Below, in pieces: positions 21,438 through 31,556 of a DNA stretch of 64,000 nucleotides (the first letter of the stretch is position 1; every line of letters starts with the position of its first letter). The notes below the pieces were generated by a model. That model searched no databases. It was not told the DNA's origin and saw only the letters and a list, made by a program, of their open reading frames with translations. The stretch covers positions 192,001 through 256,000 of the forward strand of contig CAVTBR010000001.1 in NCBI GenBank assembly GCA_963733055.1. The letters are read 5' to 3'. Position numbers and translations under genes: made by a program. This stretch comes from Candidatus Bathyarchaeota archaeon. Its GTDB lineage: Archaea; Thermoproteota; Bathyarchaeia; 40CM-2-53-6.

Positions 21438-21998
21438 ATGACTAAGCCCCTCGTGAAACCCGGGCAAGTATACTCCAAAATCGCACTAGCAAATGGCGAT
21501 ACTGCAACCCTTCGCGCCCCGAACTGGAGTGACCTAGACGATTTAATTGACTACATTAATGGCCTTGTTGAGGAACGCGCCCTGATTACTAAGGCTGAGA
21601 AGGTAACACGCGAAAGCGAGGCCGAATGGTTGGGGCAGAGACTCGCGGAGATAGAAAACGGTCACACAATCCACCTGGTTGCGGAAGTCAACGGAAAAGT
21701 GGTGGGAGCGGGCGAAGTGAACCAACTCGCCGAGGAGAGAAGTCACACAGGATACTTGGGAATTGGCTTATCCAAGAGCTACCGCGGCCAAGGACTAGGC
21801 GCCGCGGTCATGCGAGCCCTTGAAAAACTCTCCAAGAAAGCAGGACTGAAAATTCTCATCCTCGATGCTTTCGCCACGAACACGGTCGCGATCACACTCT
21901 ATGAGAAGATAGGATTCAGGGAGGTAGGACGAATTCCAAAGGGAATTTGTCGGGACGGGAAGTACATTGACTTAGTCAGAATGACCAAGGAACTCTGA
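21438..21998 (+). CDS. GNAT N-acetyltransferase (RimJ/RimL-like)
   Basis: YRGQGLG, NTVAITLYEKIGF. Confidence 0.88.
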   Translation: MTKPLVKPGQVYSKIALANGDTATLRAPNWSDLDDLIDYINGLVEERALITKAEKVTRESEAEWLGQRLAEIENGHTIHLVAEVNGKVVGAGEVNQLAEERSHTGYLGIGLSKSYRGQGLGAAVMRALEKLSKKAGLKILILDAFATNTVAITLYEKIGFREVGRIPKGICRDGKYIDLVRMTKEL

Positions 21999-22039
21999 GA
22001 AATTCGCGCGAATGATCTGTGCTCGATCAAATGCGATTT

Positions 22040-22903
22040 TTACTTCAGAACCTTCAGATGACCCGATTCGGTTTGGCGGATTCGATTCAAGATCCTTAGT
22101 TCGGCTTTCTGCATACCAAGATGCATGCCAAGAGAGAAGTGCATGCTGAAGCCGAGAATGGCTAGGATGCCGAAATGGTATGGAAGCGGCGTTCTATTGA
22201 GCCAGAGGGCGCGGTAGACCAAGCCTACAAGTGTGAGGATTGCACCCAGCCCAGCTAACGCTCCGACAGCGTATAGAAGCAGCGTCGTGTGAAATGGACC
22301 TGCGTTAATTCCTGTGACCTTGAACTTTTCAATGTACGGCAGCGCGATAGCCGGAACGATTCCCGCTAAACTTGTAAGGACTACGAGCGCGGGTATCAAT
22401 TGTCGCGAGAACAGAATCGGTCCTAGTCCCGGGCTCGGTTTAGAGAAAATGTCCAGTGCGTGCAATACGAGTTGCAATCTACCTGCACCTGAACCGTCAG
22501 CATTGTGAATGTCCCAGCCTAAACCTAGAGCACAGATGAAAACTGCAGCGGGCAAATAGAGCCAGTGGGCTCGGTCAAGAAGTTTAGTCTTGTTGCGCGA
22601 TTTGGTGGAAGTTTTCGAGAGTTCAACAATCTGTTTCGAGTGTGTGAGATGAGCGATGAATTTGGCGAGCGAGAGCGATGCTGAACCGGCCAATATGATG
22701 ACCATAACGTATCCGACTACGACCACTCCCAAACCGCCGACGGTTGCGGTTGCAATCATGAAAAATGGGCCGAGCGTTGGACCGAGGATTGAGTGTTCCC
22801 AGAGCGTGCGAACGAAGGTGGTAAGGATCGCTATCGTATAGAACACCACACCCCCAATCAGGTACGTGAGTTCGCCGTAGCCAAATCTCAAGGAACAGAC
22901 CAC
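22040..22903 (-). CDS. Hypothetical integral membrane protein
   Basis: About 6 hydrophobic segments. Confidence 0.6.
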   Translation of the reverse strand: MVCSLRFGYGELTYLIGGVVFYTIAILTTFVRTLWEHSILGPTLGPFFMIATATVGGLGVVVVGYVMVIILAGSASLSLAKFIAHLTHSKQIVELSKTSTKSRNKTKLLDRAHWLYLPAAVFICALGLGWDIHNADGSGAGRLQLVLHALDIFSKPSPGLGPILFSRQLIPALVVLTSLAGIVPAIALPYIEKFKVTGINAGPFHTTLLLYAVGALAGLGAILTLVGLVYRALWLNRTPLPYHFGILAILGFSMHFSLGMHLGMQKAELRILNRIRQTESGHLKVLK

Positions 22904-23092
22904 AAGTCAGCTAAAGAATCACTAGGCTAATCTGATTTTCTTGTGAAACGATTCCACCTTCCGCCGCGAACCAACGAGCAGGGCAAAGTACACCTCCGGG
23001 CTATGTTCCACGGGCCTGCGCGTATGCGATGGCCAAAGGACTCACATGAAACGATGCCTGGAGAGTTTCAAGGCAAATAAGGGCTGAGCAGA

Positions 23093-24484
23093 TCAGATTC
23101 CGTTTCGCAGGATCGCGAGTATCTCGGTCTTTGGTTCTGGAGTTGGGACGTTGGTTCCGAGAGAGGTGTAGGACCAGTAGGACCAGCTAATTCCGTTTGC
23201 TCGACAGAATCCAAGTAAGCGTTGTGTGTCAGTTTGCCAGTTCGGATCAACTGTTGCCCTTGCTCCATTATCTCCTGCATAAAATGCGTTGAACTCACCC
23301 ATGTACAATGGAACTCCCCATTGCTTAGCGTTGTTTAGGTAGGCCTGGATGAGTGGTTGAGCTGTGTCCCAACCTGAGGTGTAAATGTGCACTTCGTAGA
23401 CAGCATTTGGAACCGGCGGAGGGGCCGTGAGGATCGGGGACCTTCCTTGAGGCATCAAATTCTGAGGCGGCTCCTCGAAAATGATTAGCAGGTGGGAATT
23501 GGCAGTCGAAACTCCTTTGGAAACCTCTGCGTCATAGTTGATCAGGAGCTGGTCGGCGGTGGAAGTTGAGCCGCATGATCGCGGGAACCATGGTTCGTTG
23601 AAGAGGTCTAAACCGACGACGGTCGGATTGTTGCTATACCTGATAGCGAGCATTTGCTCCGCGGCCGCCATTCCCTCAATTGGACCAGGCACGTTTTCGC
23701 CGACCATCGATTTGTCGTTGAAGAAATTGCAAACCGCCGTTCCAAGGACGGTAATGGTGGTTGGCGAAGTTGTGCCTGGATAAAGCCAGGTGGGTTCGCC
23801 CCAGCCTTCGCAGAAGCTTACATGGACCCCGCCTGGAGCTTGCTGAAATGCGGGCGACAGATCTAGTTGGTGGAAGTCCAGAATCACGACGATGTGTCTC
23901 TGCCCGAACTGCGTAATGAAATAATCAATCTCATTCAGGTAAGCGCTGTTCCACGAATGTAGCCAGGTCCCGTTGGCTGCATGGGTTGGAGCTGTGGGTT
24001 CCAGATTTTCCCATGAGATGGGGAGTCTTACGGAGTTGAACCCCCAAGAAGCAATGTTGTCGAATTCAGCCGTCGAGAAGCCACCCGCATCCTCTCCACC
24101 CCACCCGAATTTGCAGGAATCAGGACCGCTGGTTCCAACGCCGTATTCAAGGCCCATCGCGTTGAGGCCCACGAGACGCACAACGTTCCCGCTGCCATCG
24201 TAGATGTTCGTATCTGCCGGGTTAGTGTGTAACCACCCAGAAACAAAGGGAGCGCAAGGAGGCTGAACGCACCCAATCCCTCCGGGTCCAATAGTCGCAG
24301 ATGAATCGCTAGCTGAGTAGAAACTAACTCCGGAAGTAGCTGAACCAGTACCGCTCAGGTTCGTTCTAGGAAAGAGACCTAACGGCCCGATTGAGAATAC
24401 ACCAACAATTGAAGCTGCGAGGACAAGGGCTACGAGTGCAATCCCTGCGCCGCGAGTAATTGAAGGCCCTCGATACTGTTCCAA
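23093..24484 (-). CDS. Glycoside hydrolase family 5 (cellulase/endoglycoceramidase-like), membrane-anchored or secreted
   Basis: GFNSVRLPISW, ILDFHQ, FNEP (acid/base Glu), HIY, MGEF (nucleophile Glu), N-terminal hydrophobic helix. Confidence 0.85.
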   Translation of the reverse strand: MEQYRGPSITRGAGIALVALVLAASIVGVFSIGPLGLFPRTNLSGTGSATSGVSFYSASDSSATIGPGGIGCVQPPCAPFVSGWLHTNPADTNIYDGSGNVVRLVGLNAMGLEYGVGTSGPDSCKFGWGGEDAGGFSTAEFDNIASWGFNSVRLPISWENLEPTAPTHAANGTWLHSWNSAYLNEIDYFITQFGQRHIVVILDFHQLDLSPAFQQAPGGVHVSFCEGWGEPTWLYPGTTSPTTITVLGTAVCNFFNDKSMVGENVPGPIEGMAAAEQMLAIRYSNNPTVVGLDLFNEPWFPRSCGSTSTADQLLINYDAEVSKGVSTANSHLLIIFEEPPQNLMPQGRSPILTAPPPVPNAVYEVHIYTSGWDTAQPLIQAYLNNAKQWGVPLYMGEFNAFYAGDNGARATVDPNWQTDTQRLLGFCRANGISWSYWSYTSLGTNVPTPEPKTEILAILRNGI

Positions 24485-24666
24485 AACAGAATTCCCTCTT
24501 GCAATGACTTTCTACGGTCCCGCTCTATTCCTCCCTTCTCAGGAGGTCTTTGCCGCACTATATAATTCGACAGAACGATTCGTTCATCGTTCCCAACTCG
24601 CAACCAGGCGTTATCAATTCCAATGATTGCAAGTGACGTTCTAAATCGGAGTCGATCATTTCAGGA

Positions 24667-24804
24667 TTATTTTCTTAACCAGTCTTTGACAGCCATTTCT
24701 ATGCCGGCGCTTAGATCGCCTTTCTTGCCACCGAGTCTCTTCACAATCTCTAATCGCAGTCGTCGTTCAACCTCATCGGAGAGGACGATGTAGAGTTTAC
24801 CCAA
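24667..24804 (-). CDS. 45-aa ribbon-helix-helix DNA-binding protein (not in ORF track)
   Basis: Manual translation MGKLYIVLSDEVERRLRLEIVKRLGGKKGDLSAGIEMAVKDWLRK. Confidence 0.7.
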   Translation of the reverse strand: MGKLYIVLSDEVERRLRLEIVKRLGGKKGDLSAGIEMAVKDWLRK

Positions 24805-25017
24805 CTCTGACTTCGCTCCTGTTACACATTTGTAGCCATTATTCTTCCCGAACCGGTTTCCGCAATTTTTCCAATAAGGTCAGGGAGGATTTGGTAGCCA
24901 CATTTCCCACATTTCCACGCGTTATCGTCAGCATACTCATGCTGGCAATGAATTCTATCCGTCGCTTCATTCATCGCAATCGCAATGCTTGCCATGATTA
25001 TCTCCTGATTTCAGCAT

Positions 25018-25043
25018 ATGCATATACATAGATATATATGCAT
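25018..25043. repeat. 9-bp inverted repeat between divergent small genes (possible operator)
   Basis: ATGCATATA-N8-TATATGCAT. Confidence 0.45.
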
Positions 25044-25102
25044 GTCTTCCTTCTAAACTCATTGATTGTCAGGCTTATGCTTGCGAGCGGTGTAATTTGA
25101 CT

Positions 25103-25216
25103 ATGATGTCTAGGTTTGAGAAGGAAGGGCAGCGGTTTGTGTGTGATAAGTGCGGTTTTGAAACGAACAGTGTAGAAATCTTCCCCTTACACAAGAAGAA
25201 TTGCCCCAGAGTTTAG
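25103..25216 (+). CDS. 37-aa C2HC zinc-finger microprotein (not in ORF track)
   Basis: MMSRFEKEGQRFVCDKCGFETNSVEIFPLHKKNCPRV; ends 4 bp before the next ORF. Confidence 0.6.
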   Translation: MMSRFEKEGQRFVCDKCGFETNSVEIFPLHKKNCPRV

Positions 25217-25220
25217 GTGA

Positions 25221-25508
25221 GTGGTCTTAACGGCAAAGTCCGATCCTGTCGCCATTGAAACGTGGCTCAAGGACCGGTACAAACTTCTCTTCTTAAGAGT
25301 TAACCAGAGGACCGGTCATGCGTTTGCGATTGTAGATTTGCCCGAGTTGCCTACAAATCTCATCGAACACCCTGATTACAAACTCTCCCTAAGCACACCC
25401 CGCAAAGCCGAAAGTGATTTCATCAGAATGTCCGACTTCGACCAAGGTACAACCGTTTTCAATAGAAATGGTTGGGAGAAACGCCTCCTAGAAATCACAC
25501 GTAACTAA
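25221..25508 (+). CDS. Hypothetical protein
   Basis: Preceded by a GGTGA RBS; co-oriented with the Zn-finger ORF. Confidence 0.5.
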   Translation: MVLTAKSDPVAIETWLKDRYKLLFLRVNQRTGHAFAIVDLPELPTNLIEHPDYKLSLSTPRKAESDFIRMSDFDQGTTVFNRNGWEKRLLEITRN

Positions 25509-25656
25509 GTCCTCGGATATCATTGAAGTCATCCTGATAGACGTCTCAACGACTGAAGTTTAAGGCAATTAGTGATGGCTCAAATTCAGCTACCGGACCA
25601 ATGAGTTCCACACATTTGCGAAGTTCTTTAAATGCAGCTTCGGTTCAGAGGTTTGC

Positions 25657-26079
25657 ATGATTTCGAATAAGGGATCATCGAAAAAACCCACTATCTTCTA
25701 TCTCGACGCGAGAAATCCAACTGGCATCAATTTAACGGGTTTAGCCCGAAAATTTGATTCCGAAAAAGGAGACTCTGCTTCAACGGCTTTCGAGACGCTA
25801 AGAAAGTTATCTGAGAGGTTATGCGCTGAATTGAATTCAAAGTATCAAAGAGTTAACAACCAAGGAAGTCCCCCCGCGAAACCTTTCGAGAACCTTTGCT
25901 GGGCTGCTAGCTTGATACTCTCGAGTTGGCTCGGACTTACATCAGAATCCAAGTCCATAGCGGGCGTCGGGGAACGCAACTCAGACGAGGAACACCTGCT
26001 GTACTTTAAGGTTATACCGAGCGTTCTAAACGCATTCAAACAGGGGATAGAACTAGCGTCACCTGATAAAGGAAATTGA
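25657..26079 (+). CDS. Hypothetical protein
   Basis: ORF with a TTTAAA box about 30 bp upstream. Confidence 0.5.
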   Translation: MISNKGSSKKPTIFYLDARNPTGINLTGLARKFDSEKGDSASTAFETLRKLSERLCAELNSKYQRVNNQGSPPAKPFENLCWAASLILSSWLGLTSESKSIAGVGERNSDEEHLLYFKVIPSVLNAFKQGIELASPDKGN

Positions 26080-26219
26080 GCCCTCTTGGCAACAATTAGC
26101 CAATGGAAAGAGGTTCACGCGCAATCCCGCTCAAGTTACTCCTACAATTCGGTCGGGACAAAGTATTTTAGAGCTGAAACCGAAAGCGGTCAAGTTACCG
26201 CATCTGGTTGGTGTCTTGA

Positions 26220-27224
26220 ATGGGCCATAGGAAAATTCATGGTCCGAAACGCGGATCCTTAGCCTACCTACCTAGAGGGCGTGCTTCACGTTGGGTTGGC
26301 AGGATTAGGAATTGGCCCGAAGTTGAAGAGGGGCCGAAGTTGCTTGCTTTTGCCGGATTTAAGGCGGGCATGACCTATGCTCTCGCCGTTGACACCCGTC
26401 AAGGATCGCTTACCTTCGGAAAGGAGGTCGTCATCCCGCTAACAACTCTTGAAGCACCACCAATGTTAGCCTGTGCACTGAGGGCCTACACCAAAGATTA
26501 CAAAGGGCTGCAGACTTTCGGCGAGGCTTGGATGGAGAAAGTACCCAAGGACTTCGAACGAGTCATATCCGTTCCTGAGAAATTCTCAACGGAAGACGGG
26601 TTGAAGAAGATTGAAGGCGGCTTGGAAAAGATCGAGGACCTGCGCCTACTCATGGCAACTCAGCCCCGCCTCGCAAAGCACGGAATCAAAGCACCCCAAA
26701 TGATGGAGGTGAGAATCGGGGGAGGGTCGATTAAGGACCGATTCGAGTATGGAAAGAAAATGGTCGGTCAAGAAATCAAAGTCTCTGACTTCATCAAGGA
26801 AGGGCAAGCCGTCGACGCGATCGGCATAACGAAAGGTAAGGGAATTCAAGGCCCCGTGAAGAGATGGGGCATCCGACGTAAGATTCACAAAGCTCGAAAA
26901 ACCGTCCGCCAAGTTGGATCAATTGGTGGGTGGACACCGCACTACGTCATGTACTCGGTCCCACGTGCGGGGCAGATGGGTTTCCACCAGAGAACCGAAT
27001 ACAACAAAATTGTAATGAAAGTCGGCAACAACGGTAGCGAAATCACGCCGAAGGGTGGATTCCTAAGGTACGGCATAGTCAACTCAGATTACGTAGCACT
27101 CAAAGGAAGCGTGCCGGGAACGAGAAATAGGCTGATCGTGATACGATTGCCAATGCGACCGCCTCCTGAATCGAAACCAACGAAACTCGATTACCTAAGC
27201 ATCGTATCAATACAAGGCGACTGA
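26220..27224 (+). CDS. rpl3: 50S ribosomal protein uL3 (archaeal type)
   Basis: PKRGSLAYLPRGRA, GFKAGMT, TKGKGIQGPVKRWG, RAGQMGFHQRTEYNK. Confidence 0.97.
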   Translation: MGHRKIHGPKRGSLAYLPRGRASRWVGRIRNWPEVEEGPKLLAFAGFKAGMTYALAVDTRQGSLTFGKEVVIPLTTLEAPPMLACALRAYTKDYKGLQTFGEAWMEKVPKDFERVISVPEKFSTEDGLKKIEGGLEKIEDLRLLMATQPRLAKHGIKAPQMMEVRIGGGSIKDRFEYGKKMVGQEIKVSDFIKEGQAVDAIGITKGKGIQGPVKRWGIRRKIHKARKTVRQVGSIGGWTPHYVMYSVPRAGQMGFHQRTEYNKIVMKVGNNGSEITPKGGFLRYGIVNSDYVALKGSVPGTRNRLIVIRLPMRPPPESKPTKLDYLSIVSIQGD

Positions 27225-27230
27225 GCGAAC

Positions 27231-28452
27231 TCAACGCCAACGCCCCCAAGCCTCCCTAACAAATCTCCTACTCTCCTTTGGCAGAGAATAGACCGCAGTG
27301 GCACTGCGCCAGAATCGATGGCCCGGACGCAACGATCCTTTCCTTCAGCAAATCCTCCCAGGGCTCAAGCTCGTTCGCCATTAACTCGAGCAGCTCGTCG
27401 GCGTCCGGTTTAGCACCAAGGAAGGATTCTCGTTTCTCATGGTCTAGCACAATGTCCGCAGCTTCTTCGGCTATCCCGAGATTCTTAACCAGCCAATTCT
27501 TCAGCTCGGTGAGCTTTCCGAGGTCTCTTCCCCGCGAGAACAGAACGGCCAATTTGATTCTTGTCGGCAGTAGGTCCCAAGCATATTCTGCTTGATACTC
27601 CAAATCCAGATCGAGTCCTTTCTCCAAACTCCCTTCTGAGAAGATTAGTGGGAGAGGAGGAAGCGGTTCCATACTACCGTCGGGCAGGTCGACCTTCAAT
27701 CTATGATGGGGACATTTCGTCCGACACTCAGTCTCTGGCACCTGCCCGTTGAACCCAAGTTGTTTTGCCTTCCATACTTCCTTGATAACGGCCTGGGTTG
27801 GAACGTATTTCTCTTTCACAACCGAGAACGTGGCGAGCCTTGGGTATACGAGGATAGTTTCGGCGGCGCTTTTTATGAGTTGAGGGGCGAACTTTGGCGA
27901 GTCACCTTCGAGTCTCTCTCTAAGAACGTATACGCCGAACTTTTCGGCTATGCCGTTGTAGAACATTGCTTGAAATTTGTAGGCTGGAGTTGTTTTCGCG
28001 GAATCTTTCGCTTCCACGATTATGGGTGTGCCGTCGCGTTCTGTGAGGCCGATGAAATCTGGGCGCGCGGTTCCGGCAAGGTCAGGGTGCCGACCCTCCC
28101 CCCTACCAACTATTGTAACTGATTCGTAAGCGCCCTTCAGACTCTTGCGAATCTCATCCATACCCTCTACCGATTGAGCGGCGATTTGTGCAAGATACTC
28201 GTTAACCCTAATCTCAGGGATGGAATGCGCGATTTGCTTCAAAACTTCATGTTTCGGGACACCTTGAAGACTAAGTTTGACCGCAGCTTCACCGATCTTT
28301 CCTATGGTCGCGGGTTCGGATATTCTCCGGTCTTGAATTTCCTTTGCCTCACGGCTGATTCTGATCGCTCTGTAAGCCTTGATGGCCACGATCTTCGGGC
28401 ACCTACGGTGATCGTAGAGATCCTCTCGGGAGACGGTGAAGATTGAAGTCAA
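27231..28452 (-). CDS. PD-(D/E)XK nuclease, Cas4/AddB-like; probable +1 frameshift near 27310
   Basis: RCPK...RPDFIG...IVEAK...QAMFY...CRTKCPH; the +1 frame supplies a plausible tail SATAVYSLPKESRRFVREAWGRWR. Confidence 0.65.
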
Positions 28453-28523
28453 CGACTAGGTTCTAACTTCGTCCTCGACGGCTTAAGGATTGGAGGTTTG
28501 AACGTTTAATCGGCCCGTCTCCT

Positions 28524-28997
28524 CTACTCGCGTGGGTAGATTCGCTTACCCGTCTTCCTATCCACAATAGTGATCGCTTGAGTGGGACAGGACTGCGCGG
28601 CCATGACGAGGTTGTCGAAGTCCTTACCCCCAGCCTCATCGAGAACATCCAGCTTGGCTCTACTCTGGAACACTCCCTTACCAGGCCGCTCATCGAGTCG
28701 AAAAACGTCCGGCGAAACTATCACGCAACTACCAAAACCGAGGCATTTGTCAGGGTCAACATTAACCTTCAGCTCACCTTCCCCAGCCTCAGCCTCCGCC
28801 TGACGCTCCGAAGGCATCTTTACGCCCAAACCGTCGAAAATCCGAACCAACGCGTTATTGACGCCAATTTTCACAATCTTACCATCCTTCGCGAATGAAA
28901 CCGTAACGTCCTCATCCACAACCTTGGACGAGGTGTCCTTGTCGTCTTGAATAATTAGCTGCAGTTGGTCCGTTTTCTTATTGTATATCATTCTCAT
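28524..28997 (-). CDS. DUF2283-like domain fused to a single-cluster ferredoxin
   Basis: N-terminal IYNKKTDQLQL...DGKIVKIGV; C-terminal CLGFGSC...SCPTQAI (three cluster Cys, [3Fe-4S]-type). Confidence 0.65.
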   Translation of the reverse strand: MRMIYNKKTDQLQLIIQDDKDTSSKVVDEDVTVSFAKDGKIVKIGVNNALVRIFDGLGVKMPSERQAEAEAGEGELKVNVDPDKCLGFGSCVIVSPDVFRLDERPGKGVFQSRAKLDVLDEAGGKDFDNLVMAAQSCPTQAITIVDRKTGKRIYPRE

Positions 28998-29118
28998 AAC
29001 AATGAACCTAGACCCATCGCTCCTTTCGAAGTAGTATGCCTTTCCCTATAAGGTCAGGGCTGACAAAAACAAGTTTTAGAGACATCCGCGCCACACTCAA
29101 ACGGATGGGCCTACTCAG

Positions 29119-30508
29119 TTGAGTGAAAATAGGAAGCTCAGAAGGGAACTCGAGCGCACGTTATCACCTGAACGAGTAATCGTTCATGAGAAGATCCCCG
29201 TCAAGTATCGCTTCGATGCGTTGAGACCTTACCGGCCATACCCCAAGCTCAGGAAGGGGGGGCTATGTCCCAGCAGTCCTCGTAAGGCCCGAGAACGATG
29301 CGGAAGTGACGGGTCTGATTCGAATTGCGCGACGATATCACACCCCAGTTGTAACTTACGGCAGCGGAACGGGGTTGATGGGTGCTGCCATAGCCTCCCA
29401 CGGGGGAATCATGGTTGACACTAGTAGAATGAATCGAATCGAGGAAACCTCTGGCGAGGATATGATGCTTCGTACGGAGGCGGGAGTTGTTCTTGAAGAG
29501 GCTTATGCCATGCTCGATCGAAATCAACTCTTGTTTGCGCATGACCCCTGGACGAGACCGATCGCCACAATTGGTGGGGCGATCTCGACGAACAGCCTTG
29601 GATACCTTGGCGCAAAATACGGAAGCATAGGGACCCAGTTACTTGGCATTGAAGCTGTGCTCCCGAGTGGGCAGTTACTCAAAACACGTTCCGCCCAATT
29701 CTCATCGACCGGTTTTGATTTGAGACGGCTGTTCATTGGCACGGAAGGGCTCTTTGGGGTCGTTACACGTGCTGTCGTGCGCGCTTTTCCGAAACCGCCG
29801 GCGAGGAAGTCGGTGAGCTATGGATTCTCCGATTTTGAAAAGGCCCATCGAGCCATTAACCTCATGCGTCGGAATGATGTCACACCCAGCATGATCGATT
29901 ACGGGGAAGAACCCGGTTCAAAGGAAGAGAGCCAGCTCAACCTAGCTTTTGATGGGCTTGAGAAGGAGGTCTCGGCTCAATCTGAGCAAGCCGAACGAAC
30001 GATATCGGAATGCGGAGGAAGTAAACTTGACGAGGCTGACGCCCACGAGTTCTGGGAACACCGTCACGACATCGCGCTAATGTATAGTCGCAGAATTTCC
30101 AACGCTGATCAAGAAGATGAGCCTCGAACGAAATATGATTACGTTCACGTCTCATTGCCAGCATCCAAGATCTTGGCCTTTCGCACATCACTGCTAAGCA
30201 TTGCTAGAGAGGGTGGGGTGAATGTTCTTGAGGTGGGTTTGTGGCAGGGCCCCGAACTCCTCTCCCTAGTTCTCTCTGCGCGAGCCGAAGACCCGAAGAT
30301 TGCTACAAGGAAACTGTGGCGCACATCAAATTCCATCATTCGGTACGCTCAGGATTTGGGTGGCGCTATGGAATTCTGCCACGGGGTTGGCATGAAGCTA
30401 GCCCATCTGATGGAGCGTGAACATGGAGTGGGGTTGGAGATTATGCGGCAACTGAAAAGAGCGGTTGACCCTCTTGGAATAATGAATCCCGGAAAGGCGT
30501 CGCTGTAA
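29119..30508 (+). CDS. FAD-linked oxidase (glycolate/D-lactate dehydrogenase GlcD-like); +1 frameshift in the G7 run at 29256-29262
   Basis: GSGTGLMG, ATIGGAIST, FIGTEGLFG, CHGVG, DPLGIMNPGK. The two track ORFs join on removal of one G. Confidence 0.85.
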
Positions 30509-30547
30509 CATTGCAATCAGAACCAGGATGGGCAAAGCCGCAAATAC

Positions 30548-31498
30548 TTGAGAGCCACCGCAATCCTGTGTGGCATAGGTGAGGTTTTGCCGAATAAGCG
30601 ATATGATGTCCTCGTTATTGGAGCCGGAATCATTGGACTTTCCTCTGCTTACCATATCAAAGAGAATCATCCAGACCTCTCGGTTTTAATCATCGACCGC
30701 GCCGCTGCCGCAGGGCAAGGAGACACTGCGAAGAGCAACGCCGCACTTCGCGACACTTTCACGTCAACCGTAAACCGAACACTCGCACGAAGCTCGATAG
30801 AGTTCTACAAACACGTACAATCGGAAATCGGTTTCAACCTAAACCTGGACTTGGTCGGGTACCTTTGGCTTCTGAGCGGGAAGCAAGTTCGAGAGTATGA
30901 ATCGGTTGAGGCTGAGATGCGGGAGCAAGGGACGCGGCTTCGGATCTTTGAAACGAATGAGCTCAGCGACCTGATCCCAGACCTCGTGTTGCAGCCTTCA
31001 TCAGAACAAAGCGGGCTCATGGGGTTAGAGAATGTTGAGAAGGGACTCTTAGGCGTGGACTGTGGCATCGTGGCCCCTGAACTGATCGTCAAGTTCTACG
31101 AAAGTGAGCTCACGAAGCTAGGCGCGGAATTTCAGTTCGGAACGGAAGCTAGAGGAATTCGGTTGGGGGCGAAGAAGGGCTTGGGTCTGCCCGGAGAACC
31201 ATTGGTCTGGCAGGATAAAGTCTTCAAGGAAGTCGACACGAACCACGGTCTAATTTCCGCAGACGTGATCGTTCTTTCTGCGGGAATAAGGAACCCACTC
31301 CTACTTGACGCAGTCGGCATAGATTGCCTGATTAAGCCCCGCAAGAACCAACTTTTCCAATTACGCGCGCCATCCCTTCAGCGGCTGCTTAAGACGAAGG
31401 GTTTCAACGAAGCCGCCCTGTTCGGAAACCGCGCCGTCTCAACCGCAAAATTGGGACTGATTGACCGCGCCGTTGAGAATGAGAAATTCGTAATCTAA
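30548..31498 (+). CDS. DAO/sarcosine-oxidase-family FAD oxidoreductase, apparently with an internal in-frame deletion
   Basis: IGAGIIGLSSAY Rossmann motif; the sequence jumps from KGFNE to a C-terminal-like tail and lacks the substrate-domain end and the second FAD motif. Confidence 0.7.
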   Translation: MRATAILCGIGEVLPNKRYDVLVIGAGIIGLSSAYHIKENHPDLSVLIIDRAAAAGQGDTAKSNAALRDTFTSTVNRTLARSSIEFYKHVQSEIGFNLNLDLVGYLWLLSGKQVREYESVEAEMREQGTRLRIFETNELSDLIPDLVLQPSSEQSGLMGLENVEKGLLGVDCGIVAPELIVKFYESELTKLGAEFQFGTEARGIRLGAKKGLGLPGEPLVWQDKVFKEVDTNHGLISADVIVLSAGIRNPLLLDAVGIDCLIKPRKNQLFQLRAPSLQRLLKTKGFNEAALFGNRAVSTAKLGLIDRAVENEKFVI

Positions 31499-31523
31499 AC
31501 TGATAGCCAGTTCGGAAATACAG

Positions 31524-31529
31524 TTTAAG
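31524..31529 (+). promoter_or_regulatory. Putative archaeal TATA box for tRNA-Thr
   Basis: TTTAAG about 28-33 bp upstream of the tRNA, preceded by purine-rich GGAAA. Confidence 0.45.
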
Positions 31530-31556
31530 ACAGGCGTGACTGAGCGTAAGGGCGGC

